NCBI RefSeq assembly: GCF_006345805.1
Contig: NC_043025.1
Span: 12,152,001 to 12,216,000, forward strand
Direction of reading: 5' to 3'
Length of the DNA: 64,000 nucleotides
DNA from: Octopus sinensis
Lineage: Eukaryota
The notes beneath the pieces are model-generated. The model saw only the letters and a program-made list of their open reading frames with translations. It did not search any database and was not told the origin of the DNA. Shown one piece after another: positions 50,615 through 63,650 of the stretch (position 1 is its first letter; the number at the start of each line of letters is the position of its first letter). A program made the position numbers and the translations under genes.

Positions 50615-53600
50615 GTAAGTATTTCTGTTTATGGCCTTTTCAGGCTTAACTATTTGTTTATTAACTTGGGATCTTTTCCGTTTTTTACCTCAATAGACGT
50701 CATTGATTGGTTGAAATTGCAGAAATTGAAGGAAAAAAAGAACAACAAATATCTTACAAACTATAGAATTTTCTCAAGAAAGCCAAGAGAAAAAGATGTT
50801 ATATAAACACATTCTACCAGTATACGAAGTTTAAAAGTGTTTAGTTAGGTGGAAATTATTTAAAAAAAACTGCCGGTCAAAACCGAAAAGGTCCTGTTTC
50901 TTAAACGAGGGACATATTCATATGGCACAGAATGTTTTCACCTCAATAGACATCATTGATTGGTTGAAATTGCAGAAATTGAAGAAAAAAAACAACAAAT
51001 ATCTTACAAACTATAGAATTTTCTCAAGAAAGCCAAGAGAAAAAAGACGTTTTATAAACACATTCTACCAGTATAGGAAGTTTAAAAGTGCTTAGTTACA
51101 AACTGTTTTAGGGTTAGGGTTAGTTAGAGGTGGGGGAAGGGTATCTTTTTTTCTTCGCAAATAGACGTCATTGATTGGTTGAAATTGCAGAAATTGAAGG
51201 TAAAAACCCACAAATATCTTACAAACTATAGAATTTTCTCAATAAAGCCAAGAGAAAAAAGATGTTTTATAAACACATTCTACCAGTATACGAAGTTTAA
51301 AAGTGTTTAGTTAGGTGGAAATTATTTTAAAAAACTGCCAGTCAAACCGAAAAGAACTTAGTATTATAATCACTTACAGAACCTTTTTCCCAAATTTTAA
51401 GCCCCCCAAAAAATTTGGGGGTTCCTTATATACGTTAAAATAGGGTAATTCGAGATACTCGGCTGCTATTTCTAGCACGTCCAGTGACCAGTTAGCGGCT
51501 ATATCGTTGCCTTGTTGCTGTCAATTATAGAATTTTCTCAATAAAGCCAAGAGAAAAAGATGTTTTATAAACACATTCTACCAGTATACGAAGTTTAAAA
51601 GTGTTTAGTTACGTGGAAATTATGTTAAAAAACTGCCGGTCAAACGGAAAAGATCCACGGTGAATAATAAATAACATATGTGTGTGTGTGTGTTTTCATC
51701 TTTTTTCTCTATCTTTCTTTCTTTTTCATATCCTTCTTTTTTCACTCATGCATCTTCCTTCCTCTGTCTGTCTCTCTCCTTTATCATCATCATCATCATC
51801 ATCGTTTAACATCCGCTTTCCATGCTAGCATGGGTTGGACGGTTCGACCGGGGTCTGGGAAGCCAGAAGGCTGCACCAGGCTCCAGTCTGATCTGGCAAT
51901 GTTTCTACAGCTGGATGCCCTTCCTAATGCCAACCACTCCGTGAGTGTAGTGGGTGCTTTTTATGTGCCACCTGCACAGGTGCCAGACGAGGCTGGCAAA
52001 CGGCCACGATCGGATGGTGTTTTTTACGTGCCACCTGCACAGGTGCCAGACGAGGCTGGCAAACGGCCACGATCGGATGGTGCATTTTACATGCCACCGG
52101 CACGGAGGCCAGTCGGGGCGGCACTGGCAACGGCCACATTCGGATGGTTCTCTTACATGCCATCGGCACAGGTGCCAGACGAGGCTGGCAAACGGCCACA
52201 ATCGGATGGTGCATTTTACATGCCACCGGCACGGCACTGGCAACGGCCACATTCGGATGGTTCTCTTACATGCTACCTGCACAGGTGCCAGACGAGGCTG
52301 GCAAACGGCCACGATCGGACGGTGCTTATTACGTGCCACCTGCACAGGTGCCAGATGAGGCTGGCAAACGGCCACGATCGGATGGTGTTTTTTACGTGCC
52401 ACCGGCACAGAGGCCAGTCGGGGCGGCACTGGCAACGGCCACGTTCGGATGGTTCTCTTACATACCATCGGCACTGGTATCACAGCTACTGGTATCCTTC
52501 AAATGTCTTCACTTTCTTCACTTCAGGTTAACCAAACAAATTCATGGGGCAAAACTTATATGATGGCCGCTTCCGAATATGGCAACAGAGATTTAATAGA
52601 CTTGTTGATTGAAGCTGGGGCCGGTTTGGACACAAGCGACAAAATAAATGGCTATACTGCCTTACACTACGCTGTGGAGAAGTAAGTTCAGAATTAATTA
52701 AAATAATAATGTAATAATAATAATGAAATCTTTATATATAAAAGAGAGGTGTGCTGTCTGTCTCCTACGATTTAGATTCCTAACTACTCCCACATTTTGC
52801 GGGTATGTTATAGTCGTGATTCATATCGAGCCCTTCTGGGTATTAGCACATGTCTACGATGAGTCTACGATATTGAAAAATATTTACCATCATTTTTTTC
52901 CATTTTCATGCATTTTTTCGCTATTATATAAGGGAAGTAACTCTCTAAAAATGTCTACGGTGAGTCAACGATTTTAAAAATAATTTACCACCATTTTTTC
53001 CATTTTAATGCATTTTTTCGCTATTATATAAGGGAAGTAACTCTCTAAAAATGTCTACGGTGAGTCAACGATTTAAAAAAAAATTTACCATCATTTTTTT
53101 CCATTTTTAATGCATTTTTTCTGCTATTTTTTGGCTATAACTCTCTAAAAATGCTTATATAGTTATTTCCCTTACAACCCGAGCAATCCCGGGCGATACT
53201 GCTAGTTATTGTATACAGTGCTCAGGTGCACCACAACTTGTCAGAGTATATGCAGTAATGTACAAATGTCTGGAAAGTGAACAATGCATGAGTCAGATAC
53301 ATGCTTGTGTGTGTATGGAGGGGAGACAATCAGGTGTAGTGTTGGCGAATCTCAGGAGGCATGGAAGTTTTGAAGGATGCAGTGCTCCAACAACTAACAA
53401 CTGATGCCGGCAGTTTGTTCCATGCTTCAGCGTGTGTATGGAGGGGAGAAAATCATATATATGTATATATGTATATGTATATATATATATAGGAAGGGCA
53501 TCCAGCTGTAGAAACATTGCCAGATAAGACTGGAGCCTGGTGCAGCCTTCTGGCTTCCCAGATCCCCGGTTGAACCATCCAACCCATGCTAGCATGGAGA

Positions 53601-54459
53601 ACGGACGTTATACGATGATGATGATGATGATGATATATATATATACATATATATATATGCATATACATACATATTATATATTATATATATATAATATATA
53701 CTTTATTTTAAGCAGCAGAAAATTCAACAAAATCTGTTACTCTGAGTTTCTCGTTGCCGTTCATCAGACAGTTTTTCTAGCAAAAACTGTCTGATGAACG
53801 GCAACGAGAAACTCAGAGTAACAGATTTTGTTGAATTTTCTGCTGCTTAAAATAAAGCATATTACTCTACCACTGGTATTTGAGTACTCCTTTTTCCACC
53901 TTCGGGTGTGTATACACATGTACAGTTTTGCATGCTTAATTTCTATTTCACGGGCACCAGTCTGTGTTTACTGTAATTTTTATGTCAATGTGTTCGATGC
54001 TTCTGTTTTCTTACTCCCAGGCGTCAACGTGATGCCGTGGCCAGCATGATATCCTGGGGTGTCGATGTCAACAAGCGGGACATATTTGGCGACACGCCCC
54101 TCCATTTGGCCGCAAGGAAGAGAGACGAATGGAAAGACGGGGTTTCAGCCTTATTGACCCCAGGAAAGAGCAGGCTGCAAGTGAGTGGCTCTGTGTGTAT
54201 ATGTGTGTATATATGCAGCGGTGAATATGGTTACCCTTTTACTTGTTTCAGTCATTTGACTGCGGCCATGCTGGAGCACCGCCTTTTTAGTCGAGCAAAT
54301 CGATCCCCCACCCACCCAGGACTTATTCTTTGTAAGCCTAGTACTTATTCTATCAGTCTTCTCTTGTTGCCGAAGCGCTAAGTTACGGGGATGTAAACAC
54401 ACCAACATCGGTTATCAAGCGATGCTGGGGGGACAAACACAGACACACAAACATATACG

Positions 54460-54515
<56 letters not shown>

Positions 54516-57500
54516 ATATATATATATATATACACATATATATAGATATATATATATATACATATATATACATACACATTCAAAATGTGACCTCGTGTGT
54601 ACCGTTGGCAATTTTTTTTCCTCTGTCTTCCCTTCTCTGGATCTTTCCTTCTCCTATGTTTCCGAAGAAGAGCTCCGCTCGAAACGTTAAACCCTCCTTC
54701 TTTCCTGAGCATCCAATAATACTATATTTGTTCCACGTCCTCGCGTTGTTGTGTTTTTTGTGCTTTCTTGTTTGGATTAACTATATATATATAACGGGAA
54801 GCTTTATGAAAATAAACAAAAGACGAAGGCAGGTGGAGTACAAACAAATAAATGTATTAGTATGGCGCTCAGGAATTGAAATAGAACAAGTCTTATACGT
54901 TTTGAGCCTACGCTCTTCGACAGAAAGATACACAGAAAAGAAACAAGGAGAGAAACAAGGAGAGAAAAAAAAATGCGTGTAGGAGCTAACGATCTATCAT
55001 GCACATATATATATGTATGTATGTATGTATATATATACAACGGGCTTCTTTCAGTTTCCGTCTACCAAATCCATTCACAAGGCTATAGTAGAAGGCACTT
55101 GCCCACGGTGCCATGTAGTGGGACTGAACCCGGAACCATGTGGTTGGTAAGTAAGCTACTTACCACACAGCCAAATTAATTACCCCACCATCCTACCAAT
55201 CATTCCGCTTGTTTAATTAATCTGATTTATTTCCTTGTCCCTTTTTATTCTCCCCCACCCCCCACCTCACTTCTAGTCACTAGTTTTTAATTTTTTTGTT
55301 ATTTTTTTTTTCCTTCAGATCAATCAAAAAAACAACATTGGTCGCACACCTCTGCATCTGGCTTGTTCCTGGGGACGCACAGACACTGTCCGCCTCTTCT
55401 TGAGTCACACAGAGATAGATGTCAATGTGATGGACAATTCTGATGACACACCTTTACACCGGGCAGTTCAAGAGTAAGTCTCCATTGATCTGGAAAATCC
55501 AAATCTGTTTTTTTTTTTTAAGTTTATAATGTTTTTTTTATTTATTTATTGAGTCATTCATGTCTTACTCCCACCATGGGGCTTCGTCCTACTCTCTTTC
55601 CCATTGTAATGATTCTGTACTCTCTCTTTTACTCTTTTACTTGTTTCAATCATTTGACTGTGGCCATGCTGGAGCACCGCCTTTAGTCGAGCAAATCGAC
55701 CCCAGGACTTATTCTTTGTAAGCCTAGTACTTATTCTATCGGTCTCTTTTGCAGAACAGTGGCTTTTAAGTACCATTGGCACAGGGGCCAGTCAGGCAGT
55801 ACTGACATCGACCACGCTTGAATGGTGCTTTTTATGTGCCACAATCACAGGAGCCAGTCAGGCGTACTTCCGTGCCAGTGGCACGTAAAAGGCCACCATT
55901 TCAGCGAGATCGTTACCAAAGTCGTCTTACTGGCACCTGTGCTGGTGGCACGTGTAAAATGATTCAAGCGAGGTCGTTGCCAGTACCGCCTGACTGGCCC
56001 CTGTGCTGGTGGCACATAAAAAGCACCCACTGCACTCTCGGAGTGGTTGGCATTAGGAAGGGCAACCAGCTGTAGAATCTCTGCCAAATCAAGATTGGAG
56101 CCTGGTGCAACCATCTGGTTCACCAGTCCTCAGTCAAAATCGTCCAACCCATGCTAGCATGGAAAGCGGATGTTAAACGGCGATGATGATGATGATGATT
56201 CTCCCACACACACACACATGCATTTGTATACATAGATGAAGTATTCCAGAAGTTTTCACTTTATCTGTTGAGACTCTCGCTTTTTACTCTTTTACTTGTT
56301 TCAGTCATTTGACTGTGGCCATGCTGGAGCACCGCCTTTAGTCGAGCAAATCGACCCCGGGACTTATTCTTTGTAAGCCCAGTACTTATTCTATCAGTCT
56401 CTTTTGCAGAACGGTGGCTTTTAAGTACCTCTGGCACAGGAGCCAGTCAGGCGTACTGACATCGACCATGCTCGAATGGTGCTTGTATATATCATTGTAC
56501 TATGTAGAGTGTATATCAACTATATGTGTGTGTACGCGCATGTATATAGTTCACCCCTTCATCATCATCATCATCATCATCATCATCGCCGTTTAACGTC
56601 CGCTTTCCATGCTAGCATGGGTTGGATGATTTTGACTGAGGGCTGGCGAACCAGATGGCTGCACCAGGCTTCAATCTTGATTTGGCAGAGTTTCTACAGC
56701 TGGATGCACTTCCTAACGCCAACCACTCCGAGAGTGTAGTGGGTGCTTTTTACGTGCCACCAGCATGGGGGCCAGTCAGGCGGTACTGGCAATGACCTCG
56801 CTCGAATCGTTTTACACATGCCACCGGCACAGGTGCCAGTGAAGCGAAGTTGGTAACAATCACGTTCGAATGGTGCCCTTTAAGTGCCACCGGCACGCAA
56901 GACGGTTAGCTGCTCTGTCAACGATCACACTCGGATGGTGCTCTTGGGACCCTACTAGCACAGGGCACAAGTGCCAGTAAGGCGACACTGGCACCCTCAA
57001 ATAGTGCCCTTTTATGTTCCACTGGCACAGAAGCTGGTTAGCCGCTCTGTCATCGATCACACTCGTATGGTGCTCTTTGCACCTTGCCAGCACGGACGCC
57101 AGTCATCGAATTTAATTTTGGTTATGTTAGTAGAAACTACTTTTAGTAACAAATTTTGAAAGAAGTGGCATAAAACCTCAACCCAAAGCAAAACAAACCC
57201 ATCTATTCCAAGCATGGGACATGACCCCTTCTGGGAACGGTAAAGGACTCGGGGACGGTCTGATCACAAGATAGGTCTTCAGATCAGGCCAGTTGGCTGC
57301 TCTGGCAATGATCACGCTCGGATGGTGCTCTTGGCACCCTACTAGCACAGGCACAAGTGCCAGTAAGGCGACGCTGGTAACGATCACACTCGAATGGTGC
57401 CCTTTAAGTGCCACTGGCACGGAAATAGGTAATAATCAATATATGTGGTTCTTGATGTAATTAGGTTATAGTGACCTAATTACTTTTGTTTTCGCTAATT

Positions 57501-57658
57501 AATCCCTCTCTCTCTCTCTCTTTCGGAGAGGCACTGAGCAGCTATACACACACGGCAGTAACTCCCACCTACCGAATTCAATCACAAAGCTTTGGTCGGC
57601 TCGGGGCTATAGTGGAAGACACCTGCCCAATGGTAGGGGGACAAACACAGACACACAA

Positions 57659-57734
<76 letters not shown>

Positions 57735-60700
57735 TACGACGGGCTTCTTTCAGTTTCCGTCTACCAAATCCACTCACAAGGCATTGGTCGGCCCAAGGCT
57801 ATAGTAGAAGACACTTGCCCAAGATGCCAGGCAGTGGGACTGAACCCGGAACCATGTGGTTGGTAACAAGCTACTTACCACACAGCCACTCCTGCATATA
57901 TATACATATATACGACGGGCTTCTTTCAGTTTCCGTCTACCAAATCCACTCACAAGGCATTGGTCGGCTCGGGGCGATAGTAGAAGACACTTGCCCAAGG
58001 TACCATGCAGTGGGACTGAACCCGAAACCATGTAGCTAGGAAGCAAGCTCCCTAACCACACAGCCATGCCCATCTAATAATTATCATATCAATCTTTGTA
58101 ATGTTTGTCTTTTTTATGCTTTTCTTTTAGGAAACGCTGTGAAGTGGTGACTTTGCTGCTTACCCAGGTTAGCTCACACATACATATTATATACACTCTC
58201 TAGTATTTCATTGATCTGTTTCAAAATGAAAATGAAAATCAAAATCAAAATCGAAATCGAAATCGAAATCTCTCAACATCAATGGAAATTGTAGCTGAGA
58301 TACCAGTGCTGGTGGCATGTAAGAGAACCGTCCGAACATGGCCGTTGCCAGCGCCGTCCCGATTGGCCTCTGTGCCGGTGGCACGTAAAAAGCACCAATC
58401 CGATTGTGGCCGTTACCAGCCTCGTGTGGCCCCCGTGCCAGTGGCACATAAAAAGCACCATCCGATTGTGGCCGTTGCCAGCCTCGTCTGGCACTCGTGC
58501 GGTGGCACGTAAAAAGTACCATCCGATCGTTTGCCAGCCTCCTCTGGCACCTGTGTTGGTGGCACATAAAAAGCACCCACTACACTCTCGGAGTGGTTGG
58601 CGTTAGGAAGGGCATTCAGCTGTAGAAACACTGCCAGATCAGACTGGGCCTGGTGCAGCCTCCTGGCTTCCCAGACCCCAGTTGAACCGTCCAACCCATG
58701 CAAGTATTGAAAACGGACGCTAGACGATGATGATGATGATGATGATGATCAAAGTACCAGTCAAGGCGGGCATCGGCCTAGTATGGATGGTGCTTTTTAC
58801 GTGCCAGGGTAGGCTGGCAACGGCCAGGATCGGTTTCACGGGCACAGAAGCCTGCTTGCATGCCACCAGCACGCAAGCCTAAACTGGCTTCCGTGCTGGT
58901 GGCACGTGAAAAGCACCAACCGATCATGGCCATCGCCAGCCTACCCCGGCACATAAAAAGCACCAACCGATCGTGGCCATTGCCAGCCTCCTCTGGCACC
59001 TGTGTCTGTGGCACATACAAAACACCATCCGAGTGTGGCCATTCGCCAGCGTCGTCTGGCACCTGTGTTGGTGGCACATAAAAAGAACCCACTACACTCA
59101 CGGAGTGGTTGGCGTTAGGAAGGGCATCCAGCTGTAGAAACACTGCCAGATCAGACTGGAGTCTGGTGCAGCCTCCTGGCTTCCCAGACCCCAGTTGAAC
59201 CGTCCAACCCATGCTAGCATGGAAAGCGGACGTTAAACGATGATGATGATGATGATGTCTTTAATACACACCCTTAACGAGTTATAGAGGGACCTGTGGA
59301 AAGTTGACTTCACTGACGAATGTCAAATGTATTTGATCTGTTTGATCAAGTACCCAGAAAAAGACAGTAATGACACATTGACATGAACCCTAATTTTTAT
59401 TTTTTCTGTTTTATATTTTTATCTCCACAAAGGACGCAGTAAAACTGAATATCAAGAACCGTAAGAAAATGACCCCGTTACTCGAAGCTGTCTCCGGGGG
59501 TCACCTCGGGATGATTCGCCAGCTTCTAGCCAGAGGAGCAGACGTAAATGCTGTTGATAGAAATGGCAATAACTGTCTGCACCTCGCTGTGGAGAAAGAG
59601 GTGTTTCATTCCGAGGGTGAAACCCTAAGCATTTTAGACGAGGTAAGTTTTAAAATTGTTTGTGAATATGTGTGATGTCTGTTTAAAACTGACTCAGTTC
59701 CCATCCATCAACCCTAACCTCCATTACCTATTTCTTTATTACCCACAAGGGGCCAAACACAGAGGGGACAAACAAGGACAGACAAAGGGATTAAGTCAAT
59801 TACATCGACCCCAGTGCGTAACTGATCATTAATTTATCGACCCCAAAAGGATGAAAGGCAAAGTCGACCTCGGTGGAATTTGAACTCAGAACATAACGGC
59901 AGACGAAATACCTATTTCTTTACTACCCACAAGGGGCTAAACACAGAGAGGACAGACAAAGGGATTAAGTCGATTATATCGGTCCCAGTGCATAACTGGT
60001 ATTAAATTTATCGACCCCGAAAGGATGAAAGGCAAAGTCGACCTCGTGGAAATTATTTTAAAAACTGCCGGTCAAACTGTAAAGATCCAAACGAGGGACA
60101 TATTCATATGGCAAGAATGTTCTTTACCTCAATAGACGTCAGTGATTGGTTGAATTTGCAGAAATTGAAGAAAAAACAACAAATATCTTACAAACTATAG
60201 AATTTTCTCAATAAAGCCAAGAGAAAAAGATGTTTTATAAACACATTCTACCAGTATACAAAGTTTAAAAGTGTTTAGTTACGTGGAAATTATTTTTAAA
60301 AACTGCCGTTCAAACCGAAAAGGTCTATAATTTGTTTATCTATAACTAGCAGTATCGCCCGGCGTTACTCAGATTTGTAAGGGAAATAACTATATAAGCA
60401 TTTTTAGAGAGTTACTTCCCTTATATATGCCAAAAATGCATTAAAAATGGGGAAAATTGATGGTAAATTTTTTTTTAAATCGTAGACGTGTGCTAATACC
60501 CGGAAGGGCTCGATATGAATCACGACTATAAGATACCCGGTTTTGGTTAAACTGCACCGCAAAATGTGGGAGTAGTTAGGAATCTAAATCATAGGAGACA
60601 GACACACACACAACTTCACTTTTATATATAAAGATATATATTTGTGTAATATTCTACCCATTTTGTATTTCATCATTTGTAGTGTTGCATTGAACTCAAA

Positions 60701-63564
60701 CTGAACGAGGAAAACAGGCTCTCTGGCATAGTGGTTGCCAGTTATCTAGCTCACCAGGGAGCCAGCTTTTACCATATTAACAACAAGAAGAAAACCCCTT
60801 TGGATCTCATCAAAAATCGAAACTTAAAGGAAAACTTACAAACTTTTTTACTATCACAGTAAGTATTCACTGGTAACGACAAGATAAACCAGTACATCTT
60901 CTATTTTGGACATAATGCAGTAGTGGCTGTGTGGTAAGTAGCTTGCTTACCAACCACATGGTTATGGGTTCAGTCCCACTGCATGGCACCTTGGGCAAGT
61001 GTCTTCTGCTATAGCCTCGGGCCGACCAAAGCCTTGTGAGTGGATTTGGTAGACGGAAACTGAAAGAAGCCTGCCGCATATATATATATATATATGCAGG
61101 AGTGGTTGTGTTGTACGTAGCTTGCTTACCAACCACATGGTTATGGGTTCAGTCCCACTGCATGGCACCTTGGGCAAGTGTCTTCTGCTATAGCCTCGAG
61201 CCGACCAAAGCCTTGTGAGTGGATTTGGTAGACAGAAACTGAAAGAAGCCCGTCGTATATATGTATATATATATATATGTGTGTGTCTGTGTTTGTCCCC
61301 CTAACATCGCTTGACAACTGGTGTGTTTACGTCCCCGTAACTTAGCGGTTCAGCAAAAGAGTCCAATAGAATAAGTACTAGGCTTGCAAAGAATAAGTCC
61401 CGGGGTCGATTTGCTCGACTAAAAAGGTGGTGCACCAGCATGGCCACAGTCAAATGACTGAAACAAGTAAAAGAGAAATAAAAGAGAATCGTATTTATAT
61501 TTTTGTTTTTAGATTTCTCTCATTCTTCAGGTGTGATTCTAGGGGTAGGTGTGAGAGGTTGGATCTGGTTGATTTGAGTGTTGAACAGGTAGAATATTTG
61601 GGCCAGGTATGGCCGGTTTAGTTGCTAAAGGGTTAAAGAAGAATTTATGATGTATTCTTGCTGGTCTCTGTAACGCCTCATTTTATTCTGTGCTGTAAAC
61701 ATGTACACAGTGTAATATCTTTATATATAAAAGAAAAGTTGTGTGAGAGTCTGTCTCCTACGATTTAGATTCCTAACTACTCCCGCATTTTGCGGTGCAG
61801 TTTAACCAAATTCGGGTATCTTATAGTCGTGATTCATATCGAGCCCGTCTGGCTATTAGCGCGCGTCAACGATGAGTCAACGATTTTTTAAATAATTTAA
61901 CATCATTTTTTATTCCATTTTAATGCATAAAATGCATCGTATGTCGATGGCGGCGGAGTTGGTGTCCACGCTCACAGCTGCACCTGTTTGCTTCTTCCCC
62001 TTCCCTCCCTCGTGAAGCTGTGGGGAAGGGAGTGTAAAGAAATCAACGTCGTAATGCGTTGTCAAGGAAACCAGCGTTCTTTTAGAACAACGACTTCATG
62101 GCTTGAAGACACCAAAACAAAAATGGCTAAGAAAGCCCGAATTTATAAGGGAAGTAACTCTCTAAAAATGCTTATATAGTTATTTCCCTTACAAACCCGA
62201 GCAACGCCGGGCGATACTGCTAGTCTATATATATAAAAGAAAAGTTGTGTGAGAGTCTGTCTCCTACGATTTAGATTCCTAACTATTCCCACATTTTGCA
62301 GTGCAGTTTAACCAAAAGCAGGTATCTTATAGTCGTGATTCATATCGAGCCCTTCTGGGTATTAGCGCGCGTGTACGATGAGTCTAGGATTTTAAAAAAA
62401 ATTTACCATCAATTTTTCCCATTTTTAATGCATTTTTTTGCTATTATATAAGGGAAGTAACTCTCTAAAAATGTCTACGATGAGTATGATTTAAAAAAAT
62501 TTACCATCATTTCTTTCCTTTTTTAATGCATTTTTTTGCTATTATATAAGGGAAGTAACTCTCTAAAAATCTCTACGATGAGTCTACGATTTAAAAAAAA
62601 ATTTACCATAATTTTTTCCCATTTTTAATGCATTTTTTTGCTATTATATAAGGGAAGTAACTCTCTAAAAATGTCTATGATGAGTCTACGAAATTAAAAA
62701 AAAATTTACCATAATTTTTTTCCATTTTTAATGCATTTTTTTGCTATTATATAAGGGAAGTAACTCTCTAAAAATGCTTATATAGTTATTTCCCTTACAA
62801 ACCCGAGCAACACCGGGCAATACTGCTAGTTTGTTATAAACGAATGTTATTGGTGAGGTCTGTTTCTGCTTTATCGCATAGGTTACCATGTCTGTTTTGC
62901 GAAGACAAAGAGGCGACCGTCACCTTCCATCCATGCGGACACTGTGTGCTGTGTTTGGAATGCTGTCCAAAACATCTACCAAAGCGATGCCTCAAGTGCC
63001 GGCAACCTGTATCTGGCAGAAGTGGATTTGGTGAGAATACTATTCAATGATCTGTCTGTTTGTCTCGTTGACTTTGTGGTGTAGAATAATGTACTTTATT
63101 TTGTCGTGTAGATCCTGATCTGTCATAATACTCTTTGTCTCCTACGATTTAGATTCCTAACTACTCCCACATTTTGCGGTGCAGTTTAACCAAAAGCGGG
63201 TATCTTAAAGTCGTGATTCATATCGAGCCCTTCTGGGTATTAGCGTGCGTCTACGATTAGCCTACGATTTTAAAAATAATTTACCATAATTGTTTTCCAT
63301 TTTTTCCATTTCTACGATATAAAAAAAAAAAAAATCATTTTTCCGCATTTTTAATGATTTTTCCTCGGGTTATATAAGGGAAGTAACTCTCTAAAAATGC
63401 TTATATAGATATTTCCCTTACAAACCCGAGCAACGCCGGGCGATACTGCTAGTATTTTATAAAGATAAAGAAATGCTACTTCAAAGCATAAATCTTGGAA
63501 ATATTTATTTCAGATGGTCCAAAGTTGTCTGACAAGGCAGTTCAAACAGTGGCAGAGCCAGATG
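50531..63564 (+). CDS. Spliced ankyrin-repeat + C3HC4 RING E3 ubiquitin ligase-like gene (Mind bomb/MIB2-like C-terminal half); 9 exons, 3' end beyond window
   Basis: Hand-spliced exons 50531-50614, 52527-52681, 54021-54180, 55319-55473, 58131-58167, 59433-59642, 60683-60858, 62882-63030, 63514-63564. All introns are GT-AG with compatible phases (0,2,0,2,0,0,2,1,1) and there are no stops in 1177 nt. Motifs: GYTALHYAV, GDTPLHLAA, GRTPLHLAC, DDTPLHRAV, MTPLLEAV, GNNCLHLAV, KTPLDL, then a RING. Confidence 0.9.
51783..52490 (-). mobile_element. SINE-like family B with expanded internal tandem subrepeats, ending about 40 nt before exon 2
   Basis: (CAT)n at the left end, about 9 subrepeats. Confidence 0.8.
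52527..52681 (+). CDS. ANK-RING gene exon 2 (VNQTNSWGKTYMMAASEYGNRDLIDLLIEAGAGLDTSDKINGYTALHYAVEK)
   Basis: cttcag acceptor, GTAAGT donor at 52682, ankyrin consensus. Confidence 0.9.
52729..53206 (+). mobile_element. Non-autonomous Helitron-like element in intron 2
   Basis: TC...hairpin...CTAGT. Confidence 0.75.
53701..53857. ncRNA. Perfect 76-bp inverted repeat containing a minimal type I hammerhead-ribozyme-like motif (53787-53824)
   Basis: Arms 53701-53776 and 53782-53857 are exact reverse complements; motif ctgt-CTGATGA-acggcaacga-GAAA-ctcagag-TA-acag. Confidence 0.6.
54021..54180 (+). CDS. ANK-RING gene exon 3 (RQRDAVASMISWGVDVNKRDIFGDTPLHLAARKRDEWKDGVSALLTPGKSRLQ)
   Basis: ctcccag acceptor, GTGAGT donor, ankyrin motif. 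Confidence 0.9.
55319..55473 (+). CDS. ANK-RING gene exon 4 (INQKNNIGRTPLHLACSWGRTDTVRLFLSHTEIDVNVMDNSDDTPLHRAVQE)
   Basis: Poly-T tract and cag acceptor, GTAAGT donor; absent from the ORF track. Confidence 0.9.
58131..58167 (+). CDS. ANK-RING gene micro-exon 5 (KRCEVVTLLLTQ)
   Basis: ttttag acceptor, GTTAGC donor; 37 nt bridges phase 2 to phase 0 and supplies the second ankyrin helix. Confidence 0.8.
59433..59642 (+). CDS. ANK-RING gene exon 6 (DAVKLNIKNRKKMTPLLEAVSGGHLGMIRQLLARGADVNAVDRNGNNCLHLAVEKEVFHSEGETLSILDE)
   Basis: acaaag acceptor, GTAAGT donor, overlaps ORF 59469-59675. Confidence 0.9.
60345..60634 (-). mobile_element. Non-autonomous Helitron-like element
   Basis: Same termini on the reverse strand. 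Confidence 0.75.
60683..60858 (+). CDS. ANK-RING gene exon 7 (CCIELKLNEENRLSGIVVASYLAHQGASFYHINNKKKTPLDLIKNRNLKENLQTFLLSQ)
   Basis: ttgtag acceptor, GTAAGT donor; VASYLAHQGA...TPLDL resembles the last ankyrin repeat of Mind bomb proteins. Confidence 0.85.
60917..61480 (+). mobile_element. SINE A (duplicated head) in an intron
   Basis: Consensus match. Confidence 0.8.
61718..62830 (+). mobile_element. Two head-to-tail Helitron-like elements (junction CTAG|TC at 62223/62224)
   Basis: The second copy has 88-90-bp internal tandem repeats; a third copy lies at about 63135-63453. Confidence 0.8.
62882..63030 (+). CDS. ANK-RING gene exon 8, C3HC4 RING (CLFC...PCGHCVLCLECC...CLKC)
   Basis: gcatag acceptor, GTGAGA donor, IAP/MIB-type RING spacing. 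Confidence 0.9.
63514..63564 (+). CDS. ANK-RING gene exon 9 (DGPKLSDKAVQTVAEPDG)
   Basis: tttcag acceptor, GTGAGT donor, phase 1-1, open frame. Confidence 0.65.
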
Positions 63565-63650
63565 GTGAGTATAAAATAAGGGTACATAACTATGTTGGCC
63601 CATAGAACTCCAAAAGGAACATAGGGGTGGTTTCCCGGTCCCTCTGGCAT

